64,000 nucleotides of DNA from Lentisphaerota bacterium (lineage in GTDB: Bacteria > Verrucomicrobiota > Kiritimatiellia > UBA8416 > JAUUYL01): NCBI GenBank assembly GCA_030590485.1, contig JAUUYL010000004.1:7878-71877 (forward strand). The letters run 5' to 3'. The notes beneath the pieces were generated by a model. That model saw only the letters and a program-made list of their open reading frames with translations. It was not told the DNA's origin and searched no databases. Positions 19,474 to 30,165 of this stretch are shown piece after piece (position 1 is the first letter of the stretch; every line of letters begins with the position of its first letter). The translations under genes and the position numbers were made by a program.

Positions 19474-19649
19474 GGGAACAGGATTACGCAACCCCTGCGA
19501 CGGCTCCGACCCATCCAGGCGACAACGCTCCCGCTGTATTTGTTTGATGCGTGATTTCTTTTTTCTCGGTCTCATATCTTTTTCTCTTGATTCCAACACG
19601 AAAATGATGTCAACTTCCCTACTTTCAAACAACTAAAAAAGGATAAATA

Positions 19650-20855
19650 ATGAAACATTCTAAAAATGGGAATATGCTTATTGCGCAAAGTGGCGGCCCT
19701 TCGATGGTCATCAACCAGAGTCTGGTTGGCGCTATTCAAGAGGCAAAGAAACACAAAAACATCAAGAAGATATACGGCGCCATACACGGCATAGAAGGTG
19801 TTCTCAACGAGAATTTCATCAATCTTCGCAAAGAGACATACAAGACGCTCGAAGCAGTAGCGTCATCACCATCTTCCGCACTCGGAACAGTTAGAATGAA
19901 ACCTACGCCCGCTGATTGTCATAAGATCTTTGAGGTACTGCACAAGCATGGTATACGCTACTTCTTCTATATTGGCGGAAACGATACGGCCGAAACGGTT
20001 CATATTATTAACAACGAAGCTAACAATTCCGGTTATCCTATCCACTGCTTTCACATTCCCAAAACAATAGACAATGATCTCCGTTCAAACGATCACACGC
20101 CAGGCTTCGGCAGTGCGGCTAAATTTGTAGCTTGCGCTCTGATGGGCATAAATCTGGACAACCGGGCTCTCCCAGGTGTTCACATCTCAGTGATCATGGG
20201 ACGTCACGCCGGGTTCCTTACTGCTGCATCGGCCCTTGCAAGGGTATACCCTGATGACGGCCCGCATCTCATTTATCTCCCTGAAAAGCCTTTCACAATC
20301 ACGCAGTTCGTGAAAGACGTCAAGGCTGTTTACAAGAAGTACGGACGTTGCCTTATAGCGGTATCCGAAGGCATTGCCGACAGAAACGGCGTGGCTATTG
20401 CTGCTAAATTCTCAAAAGAAGTCGATTCACACGGTAATGTTCAGCTTAGCGGGACAGGCGCACTTGGCGACCTCCTGGCAAAGGAAATAAAAGCCAGAAC
20501 AAGTATTTCCAGGGTTAGAGCCGACACATTTGGATACCTGCAACGGTCGTTTCCTGCAATGATCTCCGACGTTGATGCAAAAGAAGCACGTATCGCCGGC
20601 ACCAAAGCCGTGCAGGCTGCCTGCAAGGGTAGCAGCAGTGGTTCTATTGCGATCAAAAGAGCACCAGGTAAGACATACAAGGCGTATTACGAACGTGTTG
20701 ACCTGAAAGATGTCGCAAGGCATTCAAAGGAAATGCCAAGTAAATTCATCAACAAGGCTGGCAACGATGTCACAAAAGCGTTCATCGAATACGCAAAGCC
20801 GCTTGTTGGAAAACTCCCTGCTCCAGGCCGCTTCAAAGAAATTAAAATGAAGTAA
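19650..20855 (+). CDS. pfk: 6-phosphofructokinase (PFK-A family, long type; PPi- or ATP-dependent)
   Basis: YIGGNDT (variant of GGDGS), IPKTIDNDL, MGRHAGFL. Confidence 0.85.
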   Translation: MKHSKNGNMLIAQSGGPSMVINQSLVGAIQEAKKHKNIKKIYGAIHGIEGVLNENFINLRKETYKTLEAVASSPSSALGTVRMKPTPADCHKIFEVLHKHGIRYFFYIGGNDTAETVHIINNEANNSGYPIHCFHIPKTIDNDLRSNDHTPGFGSAAKFVACALMGINLDNRALPGVHISVIMGRHAGFLTAASALARVYPDDGPHLIYLPEKPFTITQFVKDVKAVYKKYGRCLIAVSEGIADRNGVAIAAKFSKEVDSHGNVQLSGTGALGDLLAKEIKARTSISRVRADTFGYLQRSFPAMISDVDAKEARIAGTKAVQAACKGSSSGSIAIKRAPGKTYKAYYERVDLKDVARHSKEMPSKFINKAGNDVTKAFIEYAKPLVGKLPAPGRFKEIKMK

Positions 20856-21156
20856 TAAGAGTGGACGGCGGACGGCTTGCCACGGCGGAGTGCTTGCATC
20901 CCGAACTCCTTTCGGTGTTCCAGGAAGAAGCCGGGTGGACTGTAAGGCTTCTATCACGCCTGTGGCGTGACAAGTCTTAATCCCTGGAGGGCGAGCCGCT
21001 AAGCCTATAAGTCTTAACCAGAGGGCAGGCGGGAATCAGCCTGCGGCTGATCAATATCGAATACTGAATATCGAATGTCGAATGTCGAAGGATCGAGGTA
21101 GCTCAAGCAGTGAGCATAAATCTCCCATTCATCACTCACTAATCATTACTCATCAT

Positions 21157-22860
21157 TTAACTCTCCCAGCTCACAACGGGAACAGACGAGTACTGCGACC
21201 TCATTTCGAGAACTTTTGCTCTGGTTTCCAAAATGATGTTCTCGTCATCCATGTTAGACAGCAGATTGTCTATCATAGAGACAATGATTTCCATTTGCGG
21301 CTCTTTCATGCCAATACTGGTAATGGTTGGCGTGCCTATTCTGATTCCTGAGGTAACAAAAGGACTCTGTTCATCAAAAGGAATGGAGTTCTTGTTGACG
21401 ATCATACCTGCTCTATCAAGAACCAATGCCGCATCTTTACCCGTCAGTCCCATGGGCGATAAATCCAACAACATCAAATGATTATCTGTACCGCCAGATA
21501 CAATCGTATATCCAGCTGCTTTAAAACACTCCTCCATGCGGGCGGCATTCTTCACAACCTGCTCACCGTATTCCTTGAAATACGGCTGAAGTGCTTCCTT
21601 AAAACATACAGCCTTAGCCGCTATTTCATTCATCAACGGGCCACCTTGAATGCCAGGAAAGATTTGCTTGTCGATATCATTCGCAAACTCATCGCGGCAT
21701 AATATCAATCCGCCACGCGGTCCTCTCAACGTTTTATGCGTGGTTGTCGTTACAAACTCAGCAAATGGAACCGGACTGGGGTGACATCCAGCAGCAACCA
21801 ATCCGGCGATATGAGCCATATCCACCATAAGGTATGCCCCTACTGAATCGGCAATCTCACGAAACTTATCAAACTCCAAGGTTCTGGAATATGCACTGGC
21901 ACCTGCCACAATCATTCCGGGCTTTGTCTCTTCGGCAATTCTGGCGACATTGTCATAATCAATGCATCCGGTTTCTTTCTCAACGCCATAGGAAACAAAA
22001 TCGAATAACCTTCCGGAAAAATTAATGTCATGCCCATGCGTCAAATGACCTCCATGCGCAAGATCCATGGCAAGAACGGTATCCCCAGGCTCTAATGCCG
22101 CGAAATATACCGCCATATTTGCAGAACTGCCGCAATGCGGTTGAACATTCGCATGATCTGCTCCGAAAAGTTGTTTTGCCCGCTCTATCGCGAGACTCTC
22201 CGCGTCATCAATGTATTTACAGCCATTGTACCATCTCTTGCCGGGATAACCTTCTGCGTACTTGTTCGTCAGCACAGAACCTTGCGCCTCAGCCACAGCT
22301 CGGCTCACGACATTCTCTGACGCAATCATGTTAATAGTCGTGTTCTGACGGTGTACTTCCTCGCCAATAGCCAAGCAAACCTCAGTATCCGATTTCTGAA
22401 GCATCGTCAAATCGCGAAAGTTCAATCCTTCGGTATCCATTTTGGAAACTCGTCTTGCGTGACGCTCTTCATCAGAAAAGGAACAACTCAGCCACGCATC
22501 AAGAATTTCCCCGACCTCATCGACTGGAATATATTTGGATGCAAGAACCAGGACATTGGCGTTATTATGCTCGCGAGCATAGAACACCATATCAGCATTC
22601 ATGCAAAGCGCAGCTCGCACACCCGGGAACCTGTTTGCCGCCATACTCATTCCTATTCCGGTTGTACATACAAGCACACCTTCAATATCCGGATTCACAG
22701 AAACCTTCTGAGCAACTTCGACGGCATAATCAGTATAATCGACAGAATTCAAACCGTGACACCCGAAATCCTTCAGATCCATATCACGGGCAACGAGAAG
22801 CTCCTTTACTCGCTCCTTCAGTTCAAAACCACCATGGTCTGCGCCCAACAATACTTTCAT
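21157..22860 (-). CDS. glyA: Fusion protein: ribose-5-phosphate isomerase B (N-terminal) plus serine hydroxymethyltransferase (C-terminal)
   Basis: Residues 1-140 are RpiB/LacAB-like ([15 protein letters not shown]...[14 protein letters not shown]). Residues ~150-567 are GlyA ([10 protein letters not shown]...[21 protein letters not shown]...[10 protein letters not shown]). One uninterrupted ORF. Confidence 0.85.
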   Translation of the reverse strand: MKVLLGADHGGFELKERVKELLVARDMDLKDFGCHGLNSVDYTDYAVEVAQKVSVNPDIEGVLVCTTGIGMSMAANRFPGVRAALCMNADMVFYAREHNNANVLVLASKYIPVDEVGEILDAWLSCSFSDEERHARRVSKMDTEGLNFRDLTMLQKSDTEVCLAIGEEVHRQNTTINMIASENVVSRAVAEAQGSVLTNKYAEGYPGKRWYNGCKYIDDAESLAIERAKQLFGADHANVQPHCGSSANMAVYFAALEPGDTVLAMDLAHGGHLTHGHDINFSGRLFDFVSYGVEKETGCIDYDNVARIAEETKPGMIVAGASAYSRTLEFDKFREIADSVGAYLMVDMAHIAGLVAAGCHPSPVPFAEFVTTTTHKTLRGPRGGLILCRDEFANDIDKQIFPGIQGGPLMNEIAAKAVCFKEALQPYFKEYGEQVVKNAARMEECFKAAGYTIVSGGTDNHLMLLDLSPMGLTGKDAALVLDRAGMIVNKNSIPFDEQSPFVTSGIRIGTPTITSIGMKEPQMEIIVSMIDNLLSNMDDENIILETRAKVLEMRSQYSSVPVVSWES

Positions 22861-22878
22861 TATACTCTTCCCTTTATA

Positions 22879-23340
22879 TCAACCTAGTTCTCTTAAAAAA
22901 GCAATAAGGCCGGGCATTGCTTTCAAAATATCATCTCTCACAGTGCGATAAACATCTATCGTCGCACCTATTGGATCAGCAATGTCTCTATTCACAGCAT
23001 TTTCATCAAATGATGTAAGAAGAAACACCTTCTCTCTTGCTTCCGGAAACAAATGCTCGATCTGCTCCGCGTGACCACCCGTCATTACCACGAGTACAGA
23101 AGCCAAGTCAATCAGATCTGAACTCAAAGGCATGCTTCTATGCTTATGCATGTCGACACCCTCCTCCTCCATTACCTGGACAGCATGCACACTGGCAGGC
23201 GCACCCATTCCTGACATGACACCGGCAGAAGACACCGTCCACCCGCTATCTTCACCCATATGATCCCTGAGCATATACTCAGCTATAGGGCTCCTGCATA
23301 TATTGCCAGTACAAACAAAAACAACATGTCGATTATCCAT
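22879..23340 (-). CDS. Low-molecular-weight protein-tyrosine phosphatase
   Basis: P-loop VFVCTGNICRSPIAEYM (C-x5-R) and a C-terminal DP motif. Confidence 0.8.
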   Translation of the reverse strand: MDNRHVVFVCTGNICRSPIAEYMLRDHMGEDSGWTVSSAGVMSGMGAPASVHAVQVMEEEGVDMHKHRSMPLSSDLIDLASVLVVMTGGHAEQIEHLFPEAREKVFLLTSFDENAVNRDIADPIGATIDVYRTVRDDILKAMPGLIAFLRELG

Positions 23341-23968
23341 TTAAAACACTCTCCAACTCGGCCCTACTCAGAACGCCATCTCTGAGGATATTTAACTTCC
23401 AGGCTTCTTCATCTCCTTCAATCGCAACAACCGTGCTTGGTGTGGCGCCCGGCGTTCTACCAGCGTCCACAACAGCATCTACACCATCTCCGAGACTTTC
23501 CACGGCATCTTCAGCTGTCAATGCCGGTAGTTCTCCGCTGAGGTTGGCACTGGTGACACGAAGCGTACCCCCCGCAGCTCTAATCAACTCTACTGCAACA
23601 GGATGGTCAGGGACCCTGAACCCCTCTGTCCGCTCCTCTACCTTAAGAATAATCGTCAGAGGCCCCGGCCAGAATCTATCTGCAAGCCTTTTCTCAAGCG
23701 GGCCTATCTTCGCCCCATACTCCTGCACCGCGCCCACATCTGCAGCGAGCAATGGTAATGGCTTACTTCTATCCCTACCCTTTATCTGATATATCCGCGC
23801 CTCTGCTTCTGATATATCTGAACGCGCTGCGACACCGTATACGGTATCGGTCGGAATAATGACTATACCGCCATCATGAAGCACTCTAACGGCATTTTCT
23901 ATACTGATCACAGTCTTATCAACTACCCTCTCAGGCAAGATCCTTCTGAACTCTTGCATCACCAGCAT
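23333..23968 (-). CDS. tsaC: L-threonylcarbamoyladenylate synthase (YrdC/TsaC)
   Basis: YrdC-domain motifs GGIVIIPTDTVYGVAA and K-x-R. Confidence 0.8.
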   Translation of the reverse strand: MLVMQEFRRILPERVVDKTVISIENAVRVLHDGGIVIIPTDTVYGVAARSDISEAEARIYQIKGRDRSKPLPLLAADVGAVQEYGAKIGPLEKRLADRFWPGPLTIILKVEERTEGFRVPDHPVAVELIRAAGGTLRVTSANLSGELPALTAEDAVESLGDGVDAVVDAGRTPGATPSTVVAIEGDEEAWKLNILRDGVLSRAELESVLNG

Positions 23969-24440
23969 ACACCTTCTTCTTCATACGACTCTTATGCTGG
24001 GCCAACTTCTTCTGGAGTCCCGGCTTCCCTAACGCCAGAATCTGCACTGCAAATAAAGCCGCGTTGACAGGCCCTGCGCTTCCTAAAGTGACGGTGGCAA
24101 CCGGTATTCCCGAAGGCATCTGCAAGGTCGCCAAAAGAGAGTCCAGACCATTGAGAGCGCCGCCCTTGATCGGGATACCTATCACCGGCAGACTTGTGTG
24201 CCCGGCAAGAACTCCACCCAAATGCGCAGCTCCACCCGCCGCCGCTATAATTACCTTAATTCCGCGTCTCGCAGCACTCTTTGCATAAGTCGAAGCCACC
24301 TCAGGCGTGCGATGCGCCGAAATCACTCTCACTTCATACGAGACATTAAATTGCGCCAGAGTCTCTGTCGCAGGTTTTACAATACTCCAATCTGAATCGC
24401 TACCCATTACAATTGCCACTTCTGGTTTCTTCATAAACAT
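23931..24440 (-). CDS. purE: N5-carboxyaminoimidazole ribonucleotide mutase
   Basis: PurE signature IVMGSDSDW and GGAAHLGGVLA. Confidence 0.9.
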   Translation of the reverse strand: MFMKKPEVAIVMGSDSDWSIVKPATETLAQFNVSYEVRVISAHRTPEVASTYAKSAARRGIKVIIAAAGGAAHLGGVLAGHTSLPVIGIPIKGGALNGLDSLLATLQMPSGIPVATVTLGSAGPVNAALFAVQILALGKPGLQKKLAQHKSRMKKKVYAGDARVQKDLA

Positions 24441-24451
24441 TCCTTTTTGAC

Positions 24452-25726
24452 TTAAAGTCGTTTAAGAGCCTTGGCTCCAATATCCGTCCTATACTGTGCC
24501 TGATCAAATCTTATCTTAGTGATTGCGAGATATGCGCGCTTAATAGCAGCGGGAAGTTCATCTCCCAACGCAGTGACTCCTAGAACACGTCCTCCGGCGG
24601 TCGCAAGATCACAACCGACAAGCTTCGTTCCGGCGTGAAACACTATAACATTCTCCTGATCTTTCACCTTATCCAGACCTTCGATGACCTTCCCGTTCTC
24701 GTATGAGCCAGGATACCCTCCCGAGGCCATCACAACACACACGCAAGCTTCATCCTTCCATTTAATCATACTCTCGCTCAAGCATCCGTCAATACAAGCC
24801 TCCATAGCCGGAATAATATCGCCCTCTATCCTGGGGATAATCGCCTGCGTCTCCGGATCACCGAATCTGCAATTAAACTCCAGTACTTTCAAGCCTGAGT
24901 CGGTCAGCATAAGCCCCGCATACAGCACACCCTTATAAACGATTCCCCGCTTTTTGAGTTCCGTCAGCATCCGCTCAAACACTTGCTCCTTTATGATCGG
25001 CCACAAATCATCGGTCACGACAGGAGCAGGAGAATAGGCACCCATTCCGCCCGTGTTAGGACCTTCATCATTATTATACACCCTCTTATGGTCCTGTGAC
25101 GATGCAAGCATCACCACATTCTCCCCGTCGACCAAAGCAAGTATCGAGGCTTCCTCGCCCACAAGACATTCTTCGACAATAAGCAATTCGCCTGACTCGC
25201 CAAACGACTTATCCACCATTACCGTATTAACAGCCTGCACCGCTTCTTCGGTATCAGCACATACAAAGACCCCCTTGCCCGCAGCGAGCCCGTCAGCTTT
25301 TACGACCAGAGCACCTGGTTGCTGTTGAATGTATTTTATTGCCTCATCAGCATCACTGAAACTTTCGGAGTAGGCGGTAGGAACTCCTGCGGCGGACATA
25401 ACCTCTTTTGCAAAATTCTTACTACCCTCAAGACGTGCGCCATCTTTTGAAGGCCCAAAAACCCTCAATCCTTCTTTCTGGAAGACATCGGTCAGGCCTG
25501 CGCACAAAGGCACTTCGGGGCCAACAACGGTCAAATCAGGTCTGTTCTCAACTGCCCAGGCAAGGAGTCCAGTAACATCTTCCCCTCCAATATCAATATT
25601 GGTCGCGACGTCAGCCGTCCCCGCGTTCCCCGGAGCACAAAACACCTTTGGCCTGCAACTGTCACTAACCAATTTCCATGCCAACGTGTGTTCCCGGCCT
25701 CCACTTCCTATTACAAGTATTTTCAT
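24452..25726 (-). CDS. purD: Phosphoribosylamine-glycine ligase
   Basis: MKILVIGSGGREHTLAWKL and an ATP-grasp domain. The 51-aa upstream extension in the ORF track is rejected. Confidence 0.9.
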   Translation of the reverse strand: MKILVIGSGGREHTLAWKLVSDSCRPKVFCAPGNAGTADVATNIDIGGEDVTGLLAWAVENRPDLTVVGPEVPLCAGLTDVFQKEGLRVFGPSKDGARLEGSKNFAKEVMSAAGVPTAYSESFSDADEAIKYIQQQPGALVVKADGLAAGKGVFVCADTEEAVQAVNTVMVDKSFGESGELLIVEECLVGEEASILALVDGENVVMLASSQDHKRVYNNDEGPNTGGMGAYSPAPVVTDDLWPIIKEQVFERMLTELKKRGIVYKGVLYAGLMLTDSGLKVLEFNCRFGDPETQAIIPRIEGDIIPAMEACIDGCLSESMIKWKDEACVCVVMASGGYPGSYENGKVIEGLDKVKDQENVIVFHAGTKLVGCDLATAGGRVLGVTALGDELPAAIKRAYLAITKIRFDQAQYRTDIGAKALKRL

Positions 25727-25972
25727 AACATCTGAGAATATCGAATTCACCGTATTAGTCAATAACGCACTTAATACACAATAAGATAAATCGGGCATAC
25801 CCTGATATATGTATTCTAAAGACCCTAGTCGCCCCCAACCGTAATCAGCCCCACTCAGTCCCTTCCGCATCTGAATCATCAGTTCTTTATAACGAAGCCG
25901 GACTATTCACGTGCATCGTCCTCCGTCATGTCACGGCGTATCCGTCAGCTGATGGCGAGAACGGAGCATTCA

Positions 25973-27517
25973 TCACGTCCCATCTTCTCTCTCTATGATT
26001 CGCATTGCCGCCTTAATGCCATCAGCAGCACTGGAGACAATGCCTCCGGCATGACCACTTCCCTCGCCCACGACAAACAGATTCTCGAAGCCAGAGCAAA
26101 CACCGCTTTTTTCACGTACGATTTGTATGGGTGCTGATGTCTTACTTTCCAATCCAAGGAGATTACCTTTGCTGTATCCCTTGATCTTTCTGTCGAAATC
26201 CATCAATCCAGCACGCAAAGATGCCACAATATTCGCAGGTAACATCGCCCACAAAGGTGCAGGCTTCAATCCCAACGGGTAAGAAGTATCCGCTGTATCA
26301 TCCGGCATTTTCCCTTTAATAAAATCATCGATACTGCAGAAAGGAGCTGCATAGCCTTGGGAGTAATCATAGAAAGACACTTCAAGACTCTCAATCCAGT
26401 CCAGGGCCTCAAGCGGCGTAAGAACTTTCCCGGCGAGCTGGTCAGGATGTACCCCGACAACACAGGCGGCATTGGCAAACTGTCCGCCTCGTTGATAACA
26501 ACTCATTCCATTCACAATGTTTGTGTGTTCAGAGGTTGCAGCAGGTACTATAGAACCCCCGGGACACATGCAGAATGAATAAACGGAGTGATTCCCATCG
26601 GCATTGGAGGTCAGACGATACTCCGCGGCTTTCACCCCGGGCAAACGTTTAACGCCCCATTGTGCTTCGTTGATAGCTTCCTGCCTGTGCTCGGCCCTAC
26701 ATCCCATCGCAAAATTCTTTGTTCTGAATCCCACCCCTCGATTAATCAACATGCGATACGTTTCATACGCTGAGTGACCGGTTGCCAAGACAAAATGGTC
26801 AGCATGAATCGCATCGGCATCAGTAATGGCAATCTTTACCTTATCGCCCTCGATCTCAAGATCTTTCAGTTGGGTTTCAAAACGAATAGTTCCTCCCAAT
26901 TTCTGATATTGATCACGGAGATTTCTTACAATTTGTTTCAGATTATCGCTGCCCACATGAGGATGGGTCATATAGCGGATTTCCTCAGGAGCACCAGCAT
27001 CCACGTAACTATCCAGAAAGAATGCCCTTTCCAGCGCGATTCGCTTAGAGCGCGATGTTAATTTCCCATCCGAAAAAGTACCAGCTCCGCCCTCTCCAAA
27101 AGAATAATTGGCAATCGCGCTGAATTCCGATGTTGTTTCAAAATGCTTTATTCCCTTGTCGCGCTTGGCTACCTCGGCTCCCCTTTCGAGCATTATCGTT
27201 TCAAATCCGGCCTTTCGTAAAACAAAGGCAGCAAAGAATCCTGCAGGCCCGCTTCCAACAATAACAACCTTCTTATTCCTTTTCCTGTAAGGAATCTTCA
27301 GTGTTTCCTTCTTCGGGTCGTCGGTACTTCTTATTTCGGGAGAATGGACTCCAATACGCATTACCCAGTGGATATTATTTTTCTTGCGCGCATCCAGACT
27401 TTTGGTTTCGATGGAGTAAGAAAACTCTTTTATGCGAAGTTTCTTACCAATTGAAGATTCAAGCAATGCTTCCAAATAGTCGGTTGGTAGTTTTAGCTCA
27501 ATTAATTTATATCCCAT
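25973..27517 (-). CDS. FAD-dependent dehydrogenase (COG2509-like)
   Basis: FAD motif VVIVGSGPAGFFAAFVL. Start is taken at MGYKLIELKL; the upstream basic extension is rejected. Confidence 0.65.
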   Translation of the reverse strand: MGYKLIELKLPTDYLEALLESSIGKKLRIKEFSYSIETKSLDARKKNNIHWVMRIGVHSPEIRSTDDPKKETLKIPYRKRNKKVVIVGSGPAGFFAAFVLRKAGFETIMLERGAEVAKRDKGIKHFETTSEFSAIANYSFGEGGAGTFSDGKLTSRSKRIALERAFFLDSYVDAGAPEEIRYMTHPHVGSDNLKQIVRNLRDQYQKLGGTIRFETQLKDLEIEGDKVKIAITDADAIHADHFVLATGHSAYETYRMLINRGVGFRTKNFAMGCRAEHRQEAINEAQWGVKRLPGVKAAEYRLTSNADGNHSVYSFCMCPGGSIVPAATSEHTNIVNGMSCYQRGGQFANAACVVGVHPDQLAGKVLTPLEALDWIESLEVSFYDYSQGYAAPFCSIDDFIKGKMPDDTADTSYPLGLKPAPLWAMLPANIVASLRAGLMDFDRKIKGYSKGNLLGLESKTSAPIQIVREKSGVCSGFENLFVVGEGSGHAGGIVSSAADGIKAAMRIIEREDGT

Positions 27518-27590
27518 GGTTAGAGTATAAGAGCTTGGAGGTTCATGGACAAGCCGTAATAGTCCAGAGGCAACGACGCTAGCCTGCTCG

Positions 27591-28370
27591 TTACAAGGTC
27601 GAGTTTCTGGAAGGCTTAAGGATGATATTAGTGATCTTGTTGGCAGTGTTCTTGTACTGACCGTCTGCCTTGAGCTTTTTCCAACCGTCTGAATCAACAA
27701 ATTTCCTCCATGCCTTCTTTTTCTCTTCCGGCGTCTCAAAAGAAAGCATGTATGTCAGATTGGGCAACTTGTCACCGCTGACGGCATGACCGAAGAAAAC
27801 CGGAGGCATACCTGCGTCGCGAAAGAGTTGTATCTCGCCCCCATCATCAAACATCGAGATCTTCTTGGCGTTTCTTTCGATCGTGTAACTGTTGTAGATG
27901 CGAATCTGCACGATCCTGTCGGGCGACTTTGCAACTTGCACGACTTCCGGGCTTTTGTCAAACGTCTGCAGCAGCGAGCTTTTGCATGTGTCGTAAAGCG
28001 GATTCTTCATAGACGCATTGAACAGAGCCTTCACTTTCTTAATATACGTCTTATCACCCAGCAGTTTGTTCTCAGATGCTGCATAACTTTCCAGATCCTT
28101 ATAGACCGCTACAGTAAAAAGCTGCTTATCATAGATCTCCATGCCCTTATTCTGCCCGGAACTTGCCGAATAAACACCGAGTTTGGATACACCCTGACGC
28201 TGTAGAGCCGGAATTAGAGCCCCGTCAAACATCTCCATCAATGCATCACGCTTCTCTTGCGATGAACATGTAAACGTGCGCAACTCCACAAACGAGCGGG
28301 CTTGCGCAAATACTGATACTGCCGCCAAAAACACAAAAATGATCGAATGATGAACAAGATTCTTCTTCAT
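27591..28370 (-). CDS. Hypothetical secreted protein
   Basis: Signal peptide MKKNLVHHSIIFVFLAAVSVFAQA. No recognisable domain. Confidence 0.4.
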   Translation of the reverse strand: MKKNLVHHSIIFVFLAAVSVFAQARSFVELRTFTCSSQEKRDALMEMFDGALIPALQRQGVSKLGVYSASSGQNKGMEIYDKQLFTVAVYKDLESYAASENKLLGDKTYIKKVKALFNASMKNPLYDTCKSSLLQTFDKSPEVVQVAKSPDRIVQIRIYNSYTIERNAKKISMFDDGGEIQLFRDAGMPPVFFGHAVSGDKLPNLTYMLSFETPEEKKKAWRKFVDSDGWKKLKADGQYKNTANKITNIILKPSRNSTL

Positions 28371-28500
28371 ACACATACTCCAGTTAACTGCAGAAATCCT
28401 ACACAAGAAACCCCACCGACTCAAGAGCCAATAGAAAGGGTGCAGGACAGGAAGAAACATGGGCCCTGACATGGCGAACGTTTCACTCGCGGTGGCTCGC

Positions 28501-28708
28501 TTATCGACTACAGTGGTGTTTTGACCCCTCGCAGGGTCATCAGACCTTGATTATTAGCATTTAGCCGCCATCTTGCTCTTTAACTTGGTCATACATGCAT
28601 TTAGTTTGTTATCTTCATTCAGGCGTTTACGAATGTTTTTCCTTTGTCGCGAGACGACAGCATCTCAACTATCCTAAAGCCTGTCAATATCTAAATGCTA
28701 ATAATCAA
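28501..28708. mobile_element. MITE-like element: ~38-bp imperfect terminal inverted repeats flanking a ~126-bp AT-richer core
   Basis: Left arm ttgacccctcgcagggtcatcagaccttgattattagcatttag. Right arm ctaaatgctaataatcaaggtctgaccctgtaggggcc. The arms are reverse complements with a 3-nt indel. Confidence 0.4.
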
Positions 28709-28775
28709 GGTCTGACCCTGTAGGGGCCCATATTGGGACTATTCAGCTGTCACCAATACCAATATTCCTCAGGAA

Positions 28776-29936
28776 CTAGTCGCCAATCTCTTCAGCGTCT
28801 GTATACGGCTCACTGCGACGACCTGCAGCAGCAAGCATCTTGCCTACAACGAATCCCGTCGCAATCGCGATAAGAATAGTAACAATAATACCTTTTGCCT
28901 GGGATACCTTCGATATATCTTCAACAAGGAACAGGGCTGCAACACCACCGAGCAGTCCCGGCAAGCCGTGAAGATGTAAAACACCGCATGTGTCGGCTTT
29001 TTTGAGCAGGCCTTCGAGCTTTGGCTGTATCACTGCGAAACTAAATGTGGATAGTGCGCCAGCGAGAATACCAATGGTGAACGCAGCCACTGGACCAACC
29101 TTGTCACAGGTGGAACCAATTGCCACACCACCAGCCAAAGCTGCATTGGCAATATCTGCAATAGAGAATTTCTTGCGGAGTGTTACGGATGCAAAGTAAG
29201 TTGCAAGAGTCGAACCGCAAAGTGCCAGGATCACATTAACCGCAGTGGCAGGAACATCTGCAGGTGCTACAAGCGCGCCACAGAAACTCGGCCAGAAAAC
29301 CCAAAGAACCATACTACCAAGCAAGGAGAACCGGTCGCTGGTCTCGTCTGATTCAATCTCAGTCTCAAACTCTTTCTTTGTGGTCATCGTCATGATCACA
29401 CCAAGCCCAAACAAAGCACCAAACGCATGAATTACGATAGAACCGCCTGTATCAACAAAGTTACCTTTTGTGATCAAACCAAGTCCACCGTCCAGAACCA
29501 ACCATTCATTAAACGCGTAACATGGAACAAAAAGAAGCCCCAGCAAGATATACTGTATCATCTTGAGCCGGCCCAAAGCCGCCCCGGCGCATATCAACAA
29601 ACTCGCCGCCGCAAATTCAGCAAGGATAACTCGATCAATCGCCGCCTCAGCACCACCCAGTATATGCAGTGAAGCTTTAAGGAAGTATAATGGCAGAGCC
29701 ACGCTCACGAGGAGGTATGTTGCAGTAACAGCAGAACGTCCGTACTTCTTTACGAACACCATCAGGAAGCCAAAACCCACGAGCAACATCGCCATGATGT
29801 GAATCGCCCTGTTGTATTTCTGGACGTCCGCCAGTGCGGAGATATCATCTTCCATCGCGGCGTAAGCCGGCGTGCAAAAACTCATTACAACTACAAATGC
29901 TATTCCCAACATCCACATAAACCGACTTACTCGCAT
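28776..29936 (-). CDS. Rh-type ammonium/gas channel (Amt/MEP/Rh superfamily)
   Basis: It has ~11 TM segments and the Rh-like motif GGSIVIHAFGALFGLGV. Length is 386 aa. Confidence 0.6.
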   Translation of the reverse strand: MRVSRFMWMLGIAFVVVMSFCTPAYAAMEDDISALADVQKYNRAIHIMAMLLVGFGFLMVFVKKYGRSAVTATYLLVSVALPLYFLKASLHILGGAEAAIDRVILAEFAAASLLICAGAALGRLKMIQYILLGLLFVPCYAFNEWLVLDGGLGLITKGNFVDTGGSIVIHAFGALFGLGVIMTMTTKKEFETEIESDETSDRFSLLGSMVLWVFWPSFCGALVAPADVPATAVNVILALCGSTLATYFASVTLRKKFSIADIANAALAGGVAIGSTCDKVGPVAAFTIGILAGALSTFSFAVIQPKLEGLLKKADTCGVLHLHGLPGLLGGVAALFLVEDISKVSQAKGIIVTILIAIATGFVVGKMLAAAGRRSEPYTDAEEIGD

Positions 29937-30091
29937 ACCTTCTGCCTTTCTTGGTTAATTATTTGCAAGGCATATTGCACAAACATTTGCGAGAGTACAA
30001 GCGTGAACGCGCAATGGGAACCTAAAGGAAAGAGATTTTCACCATCCGGCGTCCCCGCCTCAAGGGCCCGGAGGAAAGCTAAGGAGAGAAG

Positions 30092-30138
30092 AGAGCCTCA
30101 GATTGCTGAGTTTTTCAAACAGCGCAGCAATCTGAGGC
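30092..30138 (-). terminator. Intrinsic terminator-like hairpin downstream of the porin gene
   Basis: Perfect 16-bp inverted repeat gagcctcagattgctg...cagcaatctgaggctc. On the minus transcript it is followed by ucuucucuccuu. Confidence 0.5.
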
Positions 30139-30165
30139 TCCAGCCACACAAGGTGGCAGGGGCAA

